64,000 nucleotides of DNA, taken from Alphaproteobacteria bacterium (GTDB lineage Bacteria; Pseudomonadota; Alphaproteobacteria; Rickettsiales; SXRF01). Where the stretch lies: assembly GCA_025362975.1 (NCBI GenBank), contig JANYES010000011.1, forward strand, positions 65,581-129,580. Direction: 5' to 3'. The notes under the pieces were generated by a model that saw only the letters and a program-made list of their open reading frames with translations, searched no databases and was not told the origin of the DNA. The position numbers were made by a program, and so were the translations under genes. Shown piece by piece: positions 1 through 9,544 of this stretch (positions within the stretch are counted from its first letter, which is position 1; each line of letters begins with the position of its first letter).

Positions 1-72
1 GGAGGCTCAGGTGGGTGGGAAATCGCGGGGAGTTTAGTCAATTGGGGTGGGGATGGCAAGGGTGCATTCTCA

Positions 73-210
73 GCCGTCATTCCCGCGCAGGCGGACGATT
101 CTATATCGCGGCGAAGCCAAATTTAATCCATCTCGCGGGAGCGAGGGTAAGAACTCCTCCCGGCGCAGACGCGCTTCGCATTGGATCCCCGCCTGCGCGG
201 GGATGACGGC
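73..210. repeat. REP/MITE-like palindromic element with ~23-bp terminal inverted repeats
   Basis: Left arm 73-95 is GCCGTCATTCCCGCGCAGGCGGA. The reverse complement of 186-210 is GCCGTCATCCCCGCGCAGGCGGGGA (21/22 over the shared part). The right arm is itself a GC palindrome (TCCCCGC..GCGGGGA). Spurious ORF 70..414(-) reads VIPAQAGIQ...RLRGNDG, the peptide signature this repeat class typically produces. Confidence 0.5.
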
Positions 211-212
211 AT

Positions 213-245
213 AAAAAAGGCCGGGGATGAGCCCGGCCTTTTTCG
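213..245. terminator. Bidirectional rho-independent terminator downstream of the BI-1-like gene
   Basis: A-run 213-218, stem GGCCGGG (219-225) / CCCGGCC (232-238), 6-nt loop, T-run 239-243. It lies 16 nt beyond the stop at 261-263. Confidence 0.6.
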
Positions 246-260
246 ATTTCGCGCTCGCGA

Positions 261-1025
261 TTAGCGGCGGTCGCCCATGAAGCGGAGCAGGTAGACGAAG
301 ATGTTGATGAAATCCATGTAGAGGTTCAGCGCGCCAAGGATCGACATTTTTTTCATCATGTCGCCGGTGCCGGAGAACTGGTAGTACATATTTTTCAGCT
401 TCTGTGTGTCCCATGCGGTCAGGCCGATGAAGATGGCGACGCCTAGGACGGAGGTTACGAACTGCAAGCCCGAGCTATGCAAGAACATGTTGACCACCGA
501 GGCAACCATCAGGCCGATGAGGCCCATGACCATGAACGAGCCGAAACCGGTGAGGTCGCGTTTCGTAGTGTAACCGTAGAGGCTCATGGCGCCGAAGGTG
601 CCGGCGGTGATGAAGAAGGTGCGGGCGATGCTCTCACCGGTGTACATGAGGAAGATGGACGACAGCGACAGGCCGATGAGGACCGAATAGGCCCAGTAGA
701 TGGCCTGCGCGGTGGTGGTGCTCATGCGGTTGATGCCCATGCCGAGCCACATGACGAGAGCGAGGGGGGCGAACATAACGAGGTAGCCGAGACCAGAAAT
801 TCCCATAGCATGGCCGTCCTGCACGTTATACATGGCCGAGAGGAAGGCGGGATTGTGGGCGGCGAACATCGCAACGATGCCAGTGAGAGACAGGGCGCTT
901 GCCATATAGTTGTAAATGCTCAACATATAGCTGCGAAGTCCCTCATCCCGCGAGACTGACCTTGTCTGGCCGTAGACGGGAGCGGCTTTTGCCGATGACT
1001 GAGCGAACGGGTCGCGGAATTCCAT
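261..1025 (-). CDS. Bax inhibitor-1/YccA family inner-membrane protein
   Basis: About 7 hydrophobic segments. The N-terminus ...RSYMLSIYNYMASALSLTGIVA and the C-terminus ...LNLYMDFINIFVYLLRFMG are typical of BI-1/YccA. The start was moved to ATG 1025, which follows GGAGGA; the track start at 1037 is TTG. Confidence 0.8.
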   Translation of the reverse strand: MEFRDPFAQSSAKAAPVYGQTRSVSRDEGLRSYMLSIYNYMASALSLTGIVAMFAAHNPAFLSAMYNVQDGHAMGISGLGYLVMFAPLALVMWLGMGINRMSTTTAQAIYWAYSVLIGLSLSSIFLMYTGESIARTFFITAGTFGAMSLYGYTTKRDLTGFGSFMVMGLIGLMVASVVNMFLHSSGLQFVTSVLGVAIFIGLTAWDTQKLKNMYYQFSGTGDMMKKMSILGALNLYMDFINIFVYLLRFMGDRR

Positions 1026-1267
1026 AGTATCCTCCAAAAGATTTTATGCCTGCAAAATCGAGGCATACTATTATATGGGGTTTTTGCTTCGCATTTCAAC
1101 TACAAAGGGGTTAATTTCATGTAAGTGCCCCAAAACTATTCCAATCCGGGGTTTTTTACTTGCCTGAGTTATTGTTAGGGGCTATACATCCCGTCCTTTC
1201 TGAGCCGCCGGGCGAGGCATTGCCTTGGCTGCTTTATTATAAAACTGCTTAATTAAGGATAGCGAAA

Positions 1268-1471
1268 ATGCCTAAGTTGAAAACCAAAAGCGGTTGCAAG
1301 AAACGTTTTCGTTTCTCTGCCACCGGTAAAGTCATCGCCGGCCAGGCCGGTAAGCGCCACGGTATGCGCAAGCGTACCAACCGCTTCATCCGCAATGCAC
1401 GCGGCACGACCATCATGGATGAGTCGGATCAGCATCGCATCGTGCAATACATGCCCTACGGGAGTAAATAA
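1268..1471 (+). CDS. rpmI: 50S ribosomal protein L35
   Basis: [22 protein letters not shown]... is the canonical L35 N-terminus. 67 aa, sits directly upstream of rplT. Confidence 0.95.
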   Translation: MPKLKTKSGCKKRFRFSATGKVIAGQAGKRHGMRKRTNRFIRNARGTTIMDESDQHRIVQYMPYGSK

Positions 1472-1473
1472 TT

Positions 1474-1842
1474 ATGGCACACGTCAAACGCGGGGTTACC
1501 ACGCACGCCCGTCACAAAAAAGTGCTCAAAATGGCAAAAGGCTATCGTGGCCGCGCGAAAGATTGCTATCGCGTTGCTATTGAGAAAGTCGAAAAAGGCC
1601 TTCGCTACGCTTACCGCGATCGCCGCACGAAAAAACGTACCATCCGCAGCTTGTGGATCCAGCGTATCAACGCTGGTGTTCGCGAGCACGATATGGTGTA
1701 CTCGCAGTTCATCAACGGCTTGATTCTGGCTGGTATCACGATGGACCGTAAAGTCATGTCGGACCTCGCCACGCGCGAACCGGCTGTCTTTAAGGTGCTG
1801 GTCGACCAGTCCAAAGCGGCTCTTGCTAAAAAAGCAGCTTAA
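1474..1842 (+). CDS. rplT: 50S ribosomal protein L20
   Basis: [35 protein letters not shown]... is canonical L20. 122 aa, 2 nt after rpmI. Confidence 0.95.
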   Translation: MAHVKRGVTTHARHKKVLKMAKGYRGRAKDCYRVAIEKVEKGLRYAYRDRRTKKRTIRSLWIQRINAGVREHDMVYSQFINGLILAGITMDRKVMSDLATREPAVFKVLVDQSKAALAKKAA

Positions 1843-1850
1843 TTATCGGG

Positions 1851-1877
1851 GAGCGGCGTAATGAACTTACGCCGCTC
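1851..1877 (+). promoter_or_regulatory. Perfect 11-bp stem-loop after rplT that encloses the ATG of the next ORF (terminator/attenuator-like)
   Basis: GAGCGGCGTAA (1851-1861), loop TGAAC, TTACGCCGCTC (1867-1877), followed by TTTGTGCTT. The ATG at 1861-1863 spans the last stem base and the loop. Confidence 0.5.
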
Positions 1878-2310
1878 TTTGTGCTTCCTATTCCTCGCCA
1901 TCTCTTTCGCGTCCAGCGCTTTTTGCGCCCCTTTTGCCATCGCGCAGACGCCCAATACTCCCGCGCCGGTGGCGCCGCCTATTCCTCAGAAAACGTTGAA
2001 AGACATGATGCTCATGCAAGCGGAGCCTTGCTATGTCGAGTATCTCAAAAGCTATAATCCGGTGGCGCGCATGCAGACGCCGGTGATCGGGCTGAATTTG
2101 ACGATGAACGAAGATGGGTCGATCGCTGAGATCATGCTCAACCAGCAGACCCAGAATAATCTCGGCCAGCGCCCGGCGTTCAGGGAAGTGGCAATGGGGA
2201 TCATTCAGGCCGTACGCGCGTGCAGCCCGTTTAAGGGCATGCCGCTAGCGCAGTTTGCGCAGTGGCAGAAAATGGAGTTCTCGTTTATGCTGCCGGCTAT
2301 TGGAAATTAG
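1861..2310 (+). CDS. Secreted TolA/TonB C-terminal-domain-like protein (paralogue of 28702..29151)
   Basis: Signal peptide MNLRRSLCFLFLAISFASSAFCAPFA. The C-terminal AVRACSPFKGMPLAQFAQWQKMEFSF matches AVKDCSPLRFLPPTKYEEWKVMELKF in the other copy. The pattern resembles TolA/TonB C-terminal domains. Confidence 0.5.
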   Translation: MNLRRSLCFLFLAISFASSAFCAPFAIAQTPNTPAPVAPPIPQKTLKDMMLMQAEPCYVEYLKSYNPVARMQTPVIGLNLTMNEDGSIAEIMLNQQTQNNLGQRPAFREVAMGIIQAVRACSPFKGMPLAQFAQWQKMEFSFMLPAIGN

Positions 2311-2364
2311 TGCCCGGTAAATTAGTGACTTTATCAATTAACTATGTATGAATAATCGCCCATT

Positions 2365-3447
2365 ATGACCGACACCAACACCTTACGCAGCCAGGCGCTC
2401 AGCGCCATCGAACATTGCGATTCCTCGGCCACGCTTGAGGAACAGCGCGTCGCCCTGCTCGGCAAAAAAGGCGCCATCACCGAAGCGTTGAAAACACTGG
2501 GCGCGGCCGATGCGGATACCCGCAAAACGCTGGGGGCGACGCTTAACCAGATCAAGCAAGAACTGGCGGAAGCCATTGATAGCAAGAAGGCACAGATCGC
2601 TGCTGTTGAACTTAACGCCCGGCTGGCGTCTGAAAAAATCGACGTCACCCTGCCCTCGCGCCCAGAAATTCGCGGCAGCATCCACCCCGTCACTCAGGTG
2701 ATTGAAGAGATTACGGCGATTTTTGCCGATATGGGATTTGCGGTGGCCGAAGGCCCGGATATCGAAGACGATGCGCATAATTTCGACGCGCTGAACATTC
2801 CCGAATCGCACCCGGCGCGGCAGATGCACGATACGTTTTATTTGCAGGGTAATGGCGACGGCAAGACGCTGCTTCGCACGCACACGTCGCCGGTGCAGAT
2901 TCGCACTATGACGGGAGGCCAGAAAGATAATAGCGGGCCGCCCTTCCGCTTTATCGCGCCGGGTTCTACCTATCGCTGCGATTCGGATTTGACGCATACG
3001 CCGATGTTCCACCAGGTGGAAGGGTTTGTGATCGATAAGGACATCCATATGGGGCATCTCAAGGGTTGCCTGATTGAGTTTTTGAAAGCGTTTTTTGAAC
3101 TCGACGAAGTGCCGGTGCGGTTTCGCCCGAGCTTTTTCCCGTTTACGGAGCCTTCAGCGGAAGTCGATATCGGCTGCAAGCGCAGCAAGGATGAGCTGAA
3201 AATCGGCGCGGGCAATGACTGGCTGGAAGTGCTGGGTTGCGGCATGGTGCATCCGAATGTGCTCAAGAATTGCGGGCTGGACCCGGATGAGTGGCAGGGT
3301 TTTGCGTTTGGCATGGGGGTTGAGCGTTTAGCCATGTTAAAATATGGGATTCCGGATTTGCGCACGTTCTTCGATAGCGATACGCGCTGGCTGTCGCATT
3401 ACGGGTTCGATGCGCTGAACATTCCTTCTTTGCTAGGTGGTTTATGA
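2365..3447 (+). CDS. pheS: Phenylalanine--tRNA ligase alpha subunit
   Basis: 360 aa. Class II aaRS motifs ...[11 protein letters not shown]..., [42 protein letters not shown]. Confidence 0.95.
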   Translation: MTDTNTLRSQALSAIEHCDSSATLEEQRVALLGKKGAITEALKTLGAADADTRKTLGATLNQIKQELAEAIDSKKAQIAAVELNARLASEKIDVTLPSRPEIRGSIHPVTQVIEEITAIFADMGFAVAEGPDIEDDAHNFDALNIPESHPARQMHDTFYLQGNGDGKTLLRTHTSPVQIRTMTGGQKDNSGPPFRFIAPGSTYRCDSDLTHTPMFHQVEGFVIDKDIHMGHLKGCLIEFLKAFFELDEVPVRFRPSFFPFTEPSAEVDIGCKRSKDELKIGAGNDWLEVLGCGMVHPNVLKNCGLDPDEWQGFAFGMGVERLAMLKYGIPDLRTFFDSDTRWLSHYGFDALNIPSLLGGL

Positions 3448-3935
3448 GCGACACTCGCATTTTGATGCCGATTGGTGCGCGCGTTGCAGCGGTGATGATC
3501 GAGGAAATCGAAATCATGTACGCCAAAACGCAGAGCGACCACATCGCGGATTTGCCGCCTTCCAAACCGCTGCGCCGTAAAATGTCGGCCGTGGATGACG
3601 ACGACGCATTTATTCAGCAGATGGAAAAATCGCTTAAGGGCGACGCGGCATTCGAATGGGTGTTAAAGGGACCTTTCGACAATCTGATCGCGCTGGTTGA
3701 GGCGCGCGGCATGGCATCGCCCAAGCCTGGCGAGCGGGAATTTCGCATCAGCGAATGCCTGAATGAAATGGAAAGTGACCGTAAGGCCATTTCCGCTGCG
3801 GTCTTCAACAAGGAATTGCCGCAGGATTGCCTTGAGCTTTACACCTCGGCTTGCTCGGTGGCGCTCGCTAAAACCGCCCGCACGCAGTGGTCGGATAAGG
3901 CCAGAGAAAAAAAATACGGGAATTTAGGGTTATGA
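3444..3935 (+). CDS. Hypothetical protein inserted between pheS and pheT
   Basis: 163-aa ORF. Its ATG overlaps the pheS stop (ATGA at 3444-3447) and its stop overlaps the pheT ATG (ATGA at 3932-3935). No motif recognised. Acidic, with no signal peptide. Confidence 0.55.
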   Translation: MSDTRILMPIGARVAAVMIEEIEIMYAKTQSDHIADLPPSKPLRRKMSAVDDDDAFIQQMEKSLKGDAAFEWVLKGPFDNLIALVEARGMASPKPGEREFRISECLNEMESDRKAISAAVFNKELPQDCLELYTSACSVALAKTARTQWSDKAREKKYGNLGL

Positions 3936-6334
3936 AATTTACGCTGGGCTGGCTCAAAGAACATCTCGATACGAGTGCGTCGCTGGAAGATATTTCTAAA
4001 ACGCTGACTGCTATCGGGCTGGAAGTGGAAGGCATTGCCGACCGCTCGGAAGCGTTGAAGGCGTTTACGGTGGCGAAGATTTTGCAGGCGGAAAAGCATC
4101 CTGAGGCGGATAAGCTGCGCGTGTGCAAGGTTGAAAGCGATGTGGGCGAGTTGCAGATCGTGTGCGGGGCGCCCAATGCCCGCGCGGGGATTTATGTGGT
4201 GCTGGCCAAGGAAGGCGCGCATATTCCTGGCAACGGCATGGTCATCAAGAAAACCAAAATCCGCAACGTCGAAAGCAACGGCATGCTGTGTTCGCTGGAA
4301 GAGCTGGCGTTGCCGGGCGACAGCGCGGGGATTATTGAACTTCCTGAAGGCTCGAAAATCGGTGCGCTGGCAGCGAATGCGCTCGGGCTTTCCGACCCGG
4401 TGATTGAAATTGCGATTACGCCGAATCGCGCGGATTGCCTTGGAGTTTACGGGGTTGCGCGCGATCTTGCGGCGGCGGGGCTTGGCACGTTGAAAGCGTT
4501 GCCGGATGTGGCGGGGATTAAAGGCAGCTTTGCATCGCCAGTTGGGGTGAGCATTGCCGACAATGCGAAATGCCTGCAATTCATTGGCTGCGCGATTACC
4601 GGCGTAAAGAATGGGCCTAGCCCGGAGTGGTTGCGCAAGCGCCTTGAAGCAATTGGCCAGCGCCCGATTTCAGCGCTTGTCGATATTACGAATTACATCA
4701 CGTTCGATCTTGGCCGTCCGCTGCATGTGTATGATATGGCGAAATTGCAGGGCGGTTTGACGGTGCGCGACGCGCGCGACGGCGAAACGCTGAAGGCGCT
4801 TAACGGCAAGGATTACAGCTTGAGCGCGGGCATGACGGTGATTGCAGATAGCGCGCAGGCGCTGGCGATTGGCGGGATTATCGGCGGGGAAGCGAGCGGT
4901 TGCAGCGAGGCGACGACGGATGTGTTTCTGGAAGTGGCGTTGTTTGAGCCTGTTTCGGTGGCCAAAACCGGGCGCGGACTGATGATCGATTCCGATGCGC
5001 GTTATCGTTTTGAACGCGGCGTGGACGTAGGTTTTGTGGAAACGGGCGCGAAGCTTGCCGTTGCCATGATTGAGAAACTGTGCGGCGGGAAGCATAGCGA
5101 ACTGGTGATTGCGGGTGCTGCGCCGGATATTACGCGCAGCATTCATTTGCGCGCGGAACGCGTTAAAACGCTGGGGGGGGTGGATATTTCGCTGGATAGG
5201 ATTCGGCGTATTCTGGAGGATCTTGGGTTTACTTGCACGGCGGTGGCCGATGCGTGGGACGTGACGCCGCCGTCGTGGCGCGGGGATGTGGAAGGCGAAG
5301 CCGACCTCGTGGAAGAAATTTTGCGCATTCATGGCTATGAGAATATTCCGACTACACCGTTGCCGAAATTGGCGAGCATCGCTAAACCGGCGCTTAATGC
5401 GGCGCAGAGGCGTGTGCACCTGACGCGCAGGACGCTTGCGGCGCGCGGAATGATGGAAGCGTGCACGTGGTCGTTTTTGCCGGAGGCACAGGCGATTTTG
5501 TTCGGGCATAGCAATCCGAAATTGAAGCTGCTGAACCCGATCAGCGCCGATCTGGATACGATGCGCCCTTCCCTGCTGCCGAACTTGCTGGAAGCGGCGC
5601 GCAAGAACGCGTTTCGTGGGTTTAAGACAAATAACCTGTTTGAGGTGGGCTTGCAGTTTACCGATATTACGCCGACGGGCCAACGCATGGTGGCCACGGG
5701 GTTGCGCGTGGGGCAGCCGCAGGAAAATAAGTATACGGGGAATTTGTTCCAGCATTCTGAGCGCAGCTATGACGCATTTGACGCGAAGGCTGATGCGCTG
5801 GCGATTTTACAGGCGCTGGGGCTGAATAAATGCGAGATTACCGCGCAGGTGCCTTCGTGGTATCATCCGGGGCGCTCGGGTGTGCTGACGTTGGGTGGGA
5901 AGATTATCCTCGGGTATTTCGGCGAGCTGCATCCGGGCTTGCTGCCGATTTTTGAGATCGACGGTACGGCGGTGGCGTTTGAGTTGTTCCTTGATGCGGT
6001 GCCGGTGCCGCGGGCGAAAAGCAAAGCGCGGGCTGCGCTGAAACCTTCGGATTTCCAGGCGGTGGAGCGCGATTTCGCGTTTATCGTGCCGGAGACGGTC
6101 AATGCGGCGGACATGGTGAAAATCGTGGCGCAGGTGGATAAGCATCTGATTACCGATATCGCGATTTTTGACGTGTATGTCGGCAAGGGCGTGGATGAGG
6201 GCAAAAAATCCGTCGCCATTAAAGTGACGATGCAGGCCAGTGACCGCACGCTTTCCGAGCAGGATATCACCACCGTGAGTGCCGCCATCGTTGCCAGCGC
6301 TGCCAAGAGTTTCGGCGGCCAGCTGCGCCAGTGA
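3932..6334 (+). CDS. pheT: Phenylalanine--tRNA ligase beta subunit
   Basis: 800 aa. N-terminus [14 protein letters not shown], tRNA-binding domain (AEKHPEADKLRVCKV), B3/4 and B5 regions, C-terminal FDVY...K(S)VA... anticodon-binding-like domain. Confidence 0.95.
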   Translation: MKFTLGWLKEHLDTSASLEDISKTLTAIGLEVEGIADRSEALKAFTVAKILQAEKHPEADKLRVCKVESDVGELQIVCGAPNARAGIYVVLAKEGAHIPGNGMVIKKTKIRNVESNGMLCSLEELALPGDSAGIIELPEGSKIGALAANALGLSDPVIEIAITPNRADCLGVYGVARDLAAAGLGTLKALPDVAGIKGSFASPVGVSIADNAKCLQFIGCAITGVKNGPSPEWLRKRLEAIGQRPISALVDITNYITFDLGRPLHVYDMAKLQGGLTVRDARDGETLKALNGKDYSLSAGMTVIADSAQALAIGGIIGGEASGCSEATTDVFLEVALFEPVSVAKTGRGLMIDSDARYRFERGVDVGFVETGAKLAVAMIEKLCGGKHSELVIAGAAPDITRSIHLRAERVKTLGGVDISLDRIRRILEDLGFTCTAVADAWDVTPPSWRGDVEGEADLVEEILRIHGYENIPTTPLPKLASIAKPALNAAQRRVHLTRRTLAARGMMEACTWSFLPEAQAILFGHSNPKLKLLNPISADLDTMRPSLLPNLLEAARKNAFRGFKTNNLFEVGLQFTDITPTGQRMVATGLRVGQPQENKYTGNLFQHSERSYDAFDAKADALAILQALGLNKCEITAQVPSWYHPGRSGVLTLGGKIILGYFGELHPGLLPIFEIDGTAVAFELFLDAVPVPRAKSKARAALKPSDFQAVERDFAFIVPETVNAADMVKIVAQVDKHLITDIAIFDVYVGKGVDEGKKSVAIKVTMQASDRTLSEQDITTVSAAIVASAAKSFGGQLRQ

Positions 6335-6972
6335 TGGCTCGCAAATCCAGCATTATCACGCCGGATTACTGGGATGAAGCCAAGGCTTTCCTTAGCAAAA
6401 AAGATAAGCGCCTGAAGAAAATCATCGACAGTTATGAAGGCGAAGCGATGGTGATGCGCGGCGAGCCGTTCGTCACGCTCGCGCGTTCGATTACGGGGCA
6501 GCAGATTTCGGTGAAGGCGGCCGATAGCGTGTGGAACAAGCTGGCGGCGGGGCTGGCTAAGGTGACGCCGGAGAAAATTGCCAACGCGCCCGCTGAGGAG
6601 CTTCGCAGCTATGGGCTATCGGGCAGCAAGGTGATTTATATGCATGCGCTGGCGATGTATTTTATGGAGAACAAAAAGATCATCAAAACATGGCCTGCCC
6701 TGCCTGATGAGGAAATTATCAGGCAACTGACAGGCATCAAGGGTATCGGCGTATGGACGGCAGAGATGTTTTTGATATTTGGGCTGGGGCGGCCGGATAT
6801 TTTTCCGCTGCTCGACCTTGGTCTGCTTAAAGGGATTTACCGGCATTACAACAATAGCGAGAAGATGGAAAAGACCGCGATTATCGCCATCGGCGAAGCG
6901 TGGCGGCCTTACCGGTCGCTCGGGACATGGTATATGTGGCGGGCGCTGGATCCGGTTCCGGTGTCGTATTAA
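6334..6972 (+). CDS. DNA-3-methyladenine glycosylase II-like (HhH-GPD superfamily)
   Basis: HhH-GPD signature ...LTGIKGIGVWTAEMFLIFGLGRPDIFPLLDLGLLKG. ATG 6334 overlaps the pheT TGA (TGATG); the track start at 6331 is GTG. Confidence 0.75.
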   Translation: MARKSSIITPDYWDEAKAFLSKKDKRLKKIIDSYEGEAMVMRGEPFVTLARSITGQQISVKAADSVWNKLAAGLAKVTPEKIANAPAEELRSYGLSGSKVIYMHALAMYFMENKKIIKTWPALPDEEIIRQLTGIKGIGVWTAEMFLIFGLGRPDIFPLLDLGLLKGIYRHYNNSEKMEKTAIIAIGEAWRPYRSLGTWYMWRALDPVPVSY

Positions 6973-6995
6973 GAAAAATTTAATAACAATCGATT

Positions 6996-7727
6996 ATGAA
7001 CGAGGAAATGACGCACATTTCTTATACAATCCGTATTGTTGCACTGTTGCTCGCAAGCACGGCGTTTTCGCCCGCCTATGCGGGCGGCGAAGAGGGCCAG
7101 CGCTCATGCTGCCGCGACGGGGAACACCCAAGGTGGTACGCGGCGATTCGCGGCAGTGCCGTGTTTTTATCGGATACCGAGTACCAGACCGCGCCGGTCA
7201 TGCCCGTCACAGGCGCTGACCGCCAATCCCACGACCCGGGCTACGGTTTTTCAGCAGCGGTGGGATATCAGATTTTTTCAGGCATTCGCTCGGAAATCGA
7301 GCTGAGCTATCGCAATAGCGCCGTTAAACGCGATTATGCGCTTATCGTCAATACCGTGCCCGCCGGTTCAACAGTCGGGCAGCGCTCGTTCGATGCGATG
7401 TTCAACACCTATCTCGACCTGCATAACAGCAGCAGCTATACGCCGTATATCGGCGCGGGCATTGGCGAAAGCCACGTTTTCGCACCGCGCTTGTACACGG
7501 TGGGCGGGGTCGAATCCGGCAAAGTCGCCGACTGGGCGATGGCGTATGATTTCATGACTGGTATCAGCTATGACTTTAAAGTCGACCATAAACCCGCAAG
7601 CATCGATGTCGGCTATCGTTATATTACGACCTCGGATGTCACCAAAACGTTGCCTAGTGGCGGAGGTAAGGTTACAATCTCGAACGATTCACATAACTTC
7701 GAGGTTGGCGGAAGGGTATATTTTTAA
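6996..7727 (+). CDS. Outer-membrane beta-barrel protein (OmpA-like transmembrane / porin-family type)
   Basis: Signal peptide ...ALLLASTAFSPAYAG. Alternating amphipathic strands (YGFSAAVGYQI, EIELSYR, AMAYDFMTGISYDF, DVGYRYI). C-terminal ...GGRVYF with terminal Phe. Confidence 0.7.
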   Translation: MNEEMTHISYTIRIVALLLASTAFSPAYAGGEEGQRSCCRDGEHPRWYAAIRGSAVFLSDTEYQTAPVMPVTGADRQSHDPGYGFSAAVGYQIFSGIRSEIELSYRNSAVKRDYALIVNTVPAGSTVGQRSFDAMFNTYLDLHNSSSYTPYIGAGIGESHVFAPRLYTVGGVESGKVADWAMAYDFMTGISYDFKVDHKPASIDVGYRYITTSDVTKTLPSGGGKVTISNDSHNFEVGGRVYF

Positions 7728-7730
7728 GCT

Positions 7731-9023
7731 ATGATTCCACGTTATTCACGGCCGGAAATGGCCGCTATATGGTCTGACGACACACGTTTCCAAATCTGGT
7801 TCGAAATTGAAGCGCACGCCTGCGACGCGCTGGCGAAACTTAAGATCATCCCTGTAAAAGCCGCTGAGACCATCTGGAAAAAAGGCAAATTCGACGCTAA
7901 GCGTATCGATGAAATTGAGCGCGTGACCAAGCATGACGTGATCGCGTTCCTTACCAACGTGGCGGAATATGTTGGCCCGGAAGCGCGTTTTTTACATCAG
8001 GGCATGACCAGCTCGGACGTGCTTGATACGTGCCTTGCGGTGCAGCTGGCGCGCGCGTCGGATATTTTGCTGAAGGACATGGACGCGTTGTTAAAGACGC
8101 TGAAGAAACGCGCATTAGAATATAAATTTACGGCAACTGTCGGGCGCAGCCACGGCATTCACGCCGAGCCGGTGACGTTCGGGCTGAAGCTCGCCGGGTA
8201 TTACGCGGAGTTTGAACGCTGCAAGGACCGTTTGAAAGCGGCGCGCAAGGAAATCGCGACCTGCGCCATTTCGGGCGCGGTGGGCACGTTTGCCAATATC
8301 GATCCGTTCGTGGAAGAATATGTGGCGAAGAAAATGGGCCTCGCTATTGAACCAGTTTCGACGCAGGTGATTCCCCGCGACCGCCACGCAATGTTCTTTG
8401 CGACGCTTGGTGTGATCGCCAGCTCGATGGAGCGCCTTGCAACTGAAGTGCGCCATTTGCAGCGTACGGAAGTGCTGGAAGCCGAGGAATATTTCTCGCC
8501 CGGGCAGAAGGGCTCGTCGGCGATGCCGCATAAGCGCAACCCGGTTTTGTCAGAAAACGTGACTGGTTTAGCGCGGCTTGTGCGCGGGTATGTGACGCCA
8601 GCTTTGGAAAACGTTGCGCTGTGGCATGAGCGCGATATTTCGCATTCGTCGGTGGAGCGCATGATCGCGCCGGACGCGACGGTGACGCTGGATTTCGCGC
8701 TGAATCGCTTGACGGGCATGATGGAGAAACTGGTAATTTATCCGGACCGCATGCAGAAAAATCTCGATAAGCTCGGCGGGCTGGTGTTCTCACAGCGCGT
8801 ATTGCTGGCGTTGACACAGGCGGGGTTGAGCCGCGAGGATTCGTACCGGCTTGTGCAGAAACATGCGATGAAGGTGTGGGAACATGGCAAGGATTTTTTG
8901 ACCGAGCTTTCGGCCGATAAGGAAATAACGACGAAAATTTCGGCAGCAAAACTCAAGGCACTGTTCGATTTGAAATACCACACCAAGCATGTGGACACGA
9001 TCTTCAAGCGCGTCTTCGGCTGA
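7731..9023 (+). CDS. purB: Adenylosuccinate lyase
   Basis: 430 aa. MIPRYSRPEMAAIWSD..., fumarate-lyase signature GSSAMPHKRNP. Confidence 0.95.
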   Translation: MIPRYSRPEMAAIWSDDTRFQIWFEIEAHACDALAKLKIIPVKAAETIWKKGKFDAKRIDEIERVTKHDVIAFLTNVAEYVGPEARFLHQGMTSSDVLDTCLAVQLARASDILLKDMDALLKTLKKRALEYKFTATVGRSHGIHAEPVTFGLKLAGYYAEFERCKDRLKAARKEIATCAISGAVGTFANIDPFVEEYVAKKMGLAIEPVSTQVIPRDRHAMFFATLGVIASSMERLATEVRHLQRTEVLEAEEYFSPGQKGSSAMPHKRNPVLSENVTGLARLVRGYVTPALENVALWHERDISHSSVERMIAPDATVTLDFALNRLTGMMEKLVIYPDRMQKNLDKLGGLVFSQRVLLALTQAGLSREDSYRLVQKHAMKVWEHGKDFLTELSADKEITTKISAAKLKALFDLKYHTKHVDTIFKRVFG

Positions 9024-9445
9024 TGTTTTCGCTGCACCCTAAGCTCGCGGAAGACTGCGTGGTGATGGGGGAGTTGAGATTCTGCCGCGTGTTGCTGATG
9101 AACAACCGGCTTTTCCCGTGGCTCATTTTAGTGCCCATGCGCGAGAACTGTACGGAGCTTTTTAATCTCAGCGCCAAGGATTACGCGGGCGTGTCGGAGG
9201 AAATCCGTAACGTGTCGGAAGGCTTGAGCACGATGACGAAAGCGCATAAAATCAACGTGGCGGCGCTGGGCAATATGGTGGCACAACTGCACATCCATAT
9301 CATCGCGCGTTACAAGGAAGATGCGGCGTGGCCGCAGCCCGTGTGGAACTCCGGCGCGGTCGCGGAACCCTATGAAAAAACCGCATTGGTTGCGATGCAA
9401 AATAACCTTAAAAACCAATTCGGTCTGAACATTACAAAAATGTAA
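9023..9445 (+). CDS. HIT-family protein
   Basis: 140 aa. ...NVAALGNMVAQLHIHIIARY is a HIT-like QLHxHxI motif. ATG overlaps the purB TGA. Confidence 0.7.
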   Translation: MFSLHPKLAEDCVVMGELRFCRVLLMNNRLFPWLILVPMRENCTELFNLSAKDYAGVSEEIRNVSEGLSTMTKAHKINVAALGNMVAQLHIHIIARYKEDAAWPQPVWNSGAVAEPYEKTALVAMQNNLKNQFGLNITKM

Positions 9446-9544
9446 TACTGTTTACACTTTCCCTTCACATCAAAAATGGTTATATGGCTCTACGCCCAGC
9501 AATGGGATACCTACTTAAAAACAATCTATACAAGGATTATTCAC

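Noticed and set aside
70-414. 114-aa ORF on the minus strand (…VIPAQAGIQ…RLRGNDG), and ORF 15..206 (+)
   Set aside because: Both are translations of the palindromic REP/MITE-like element and the terminator. The minus ORF also overlaps the real BI-1-like gene. They are typical spurious repeat-derived ORFs.
5173-5180. G8 homopolymer inside pheT as a frameshift or phase-variation site
   Set aside because: The run is in frame (…TLGGVD…) and the pheT ORF is intact through it. An essential gene is an unlikely phase-variable locus, so it is noted only as a sequencing-error-prone spot.
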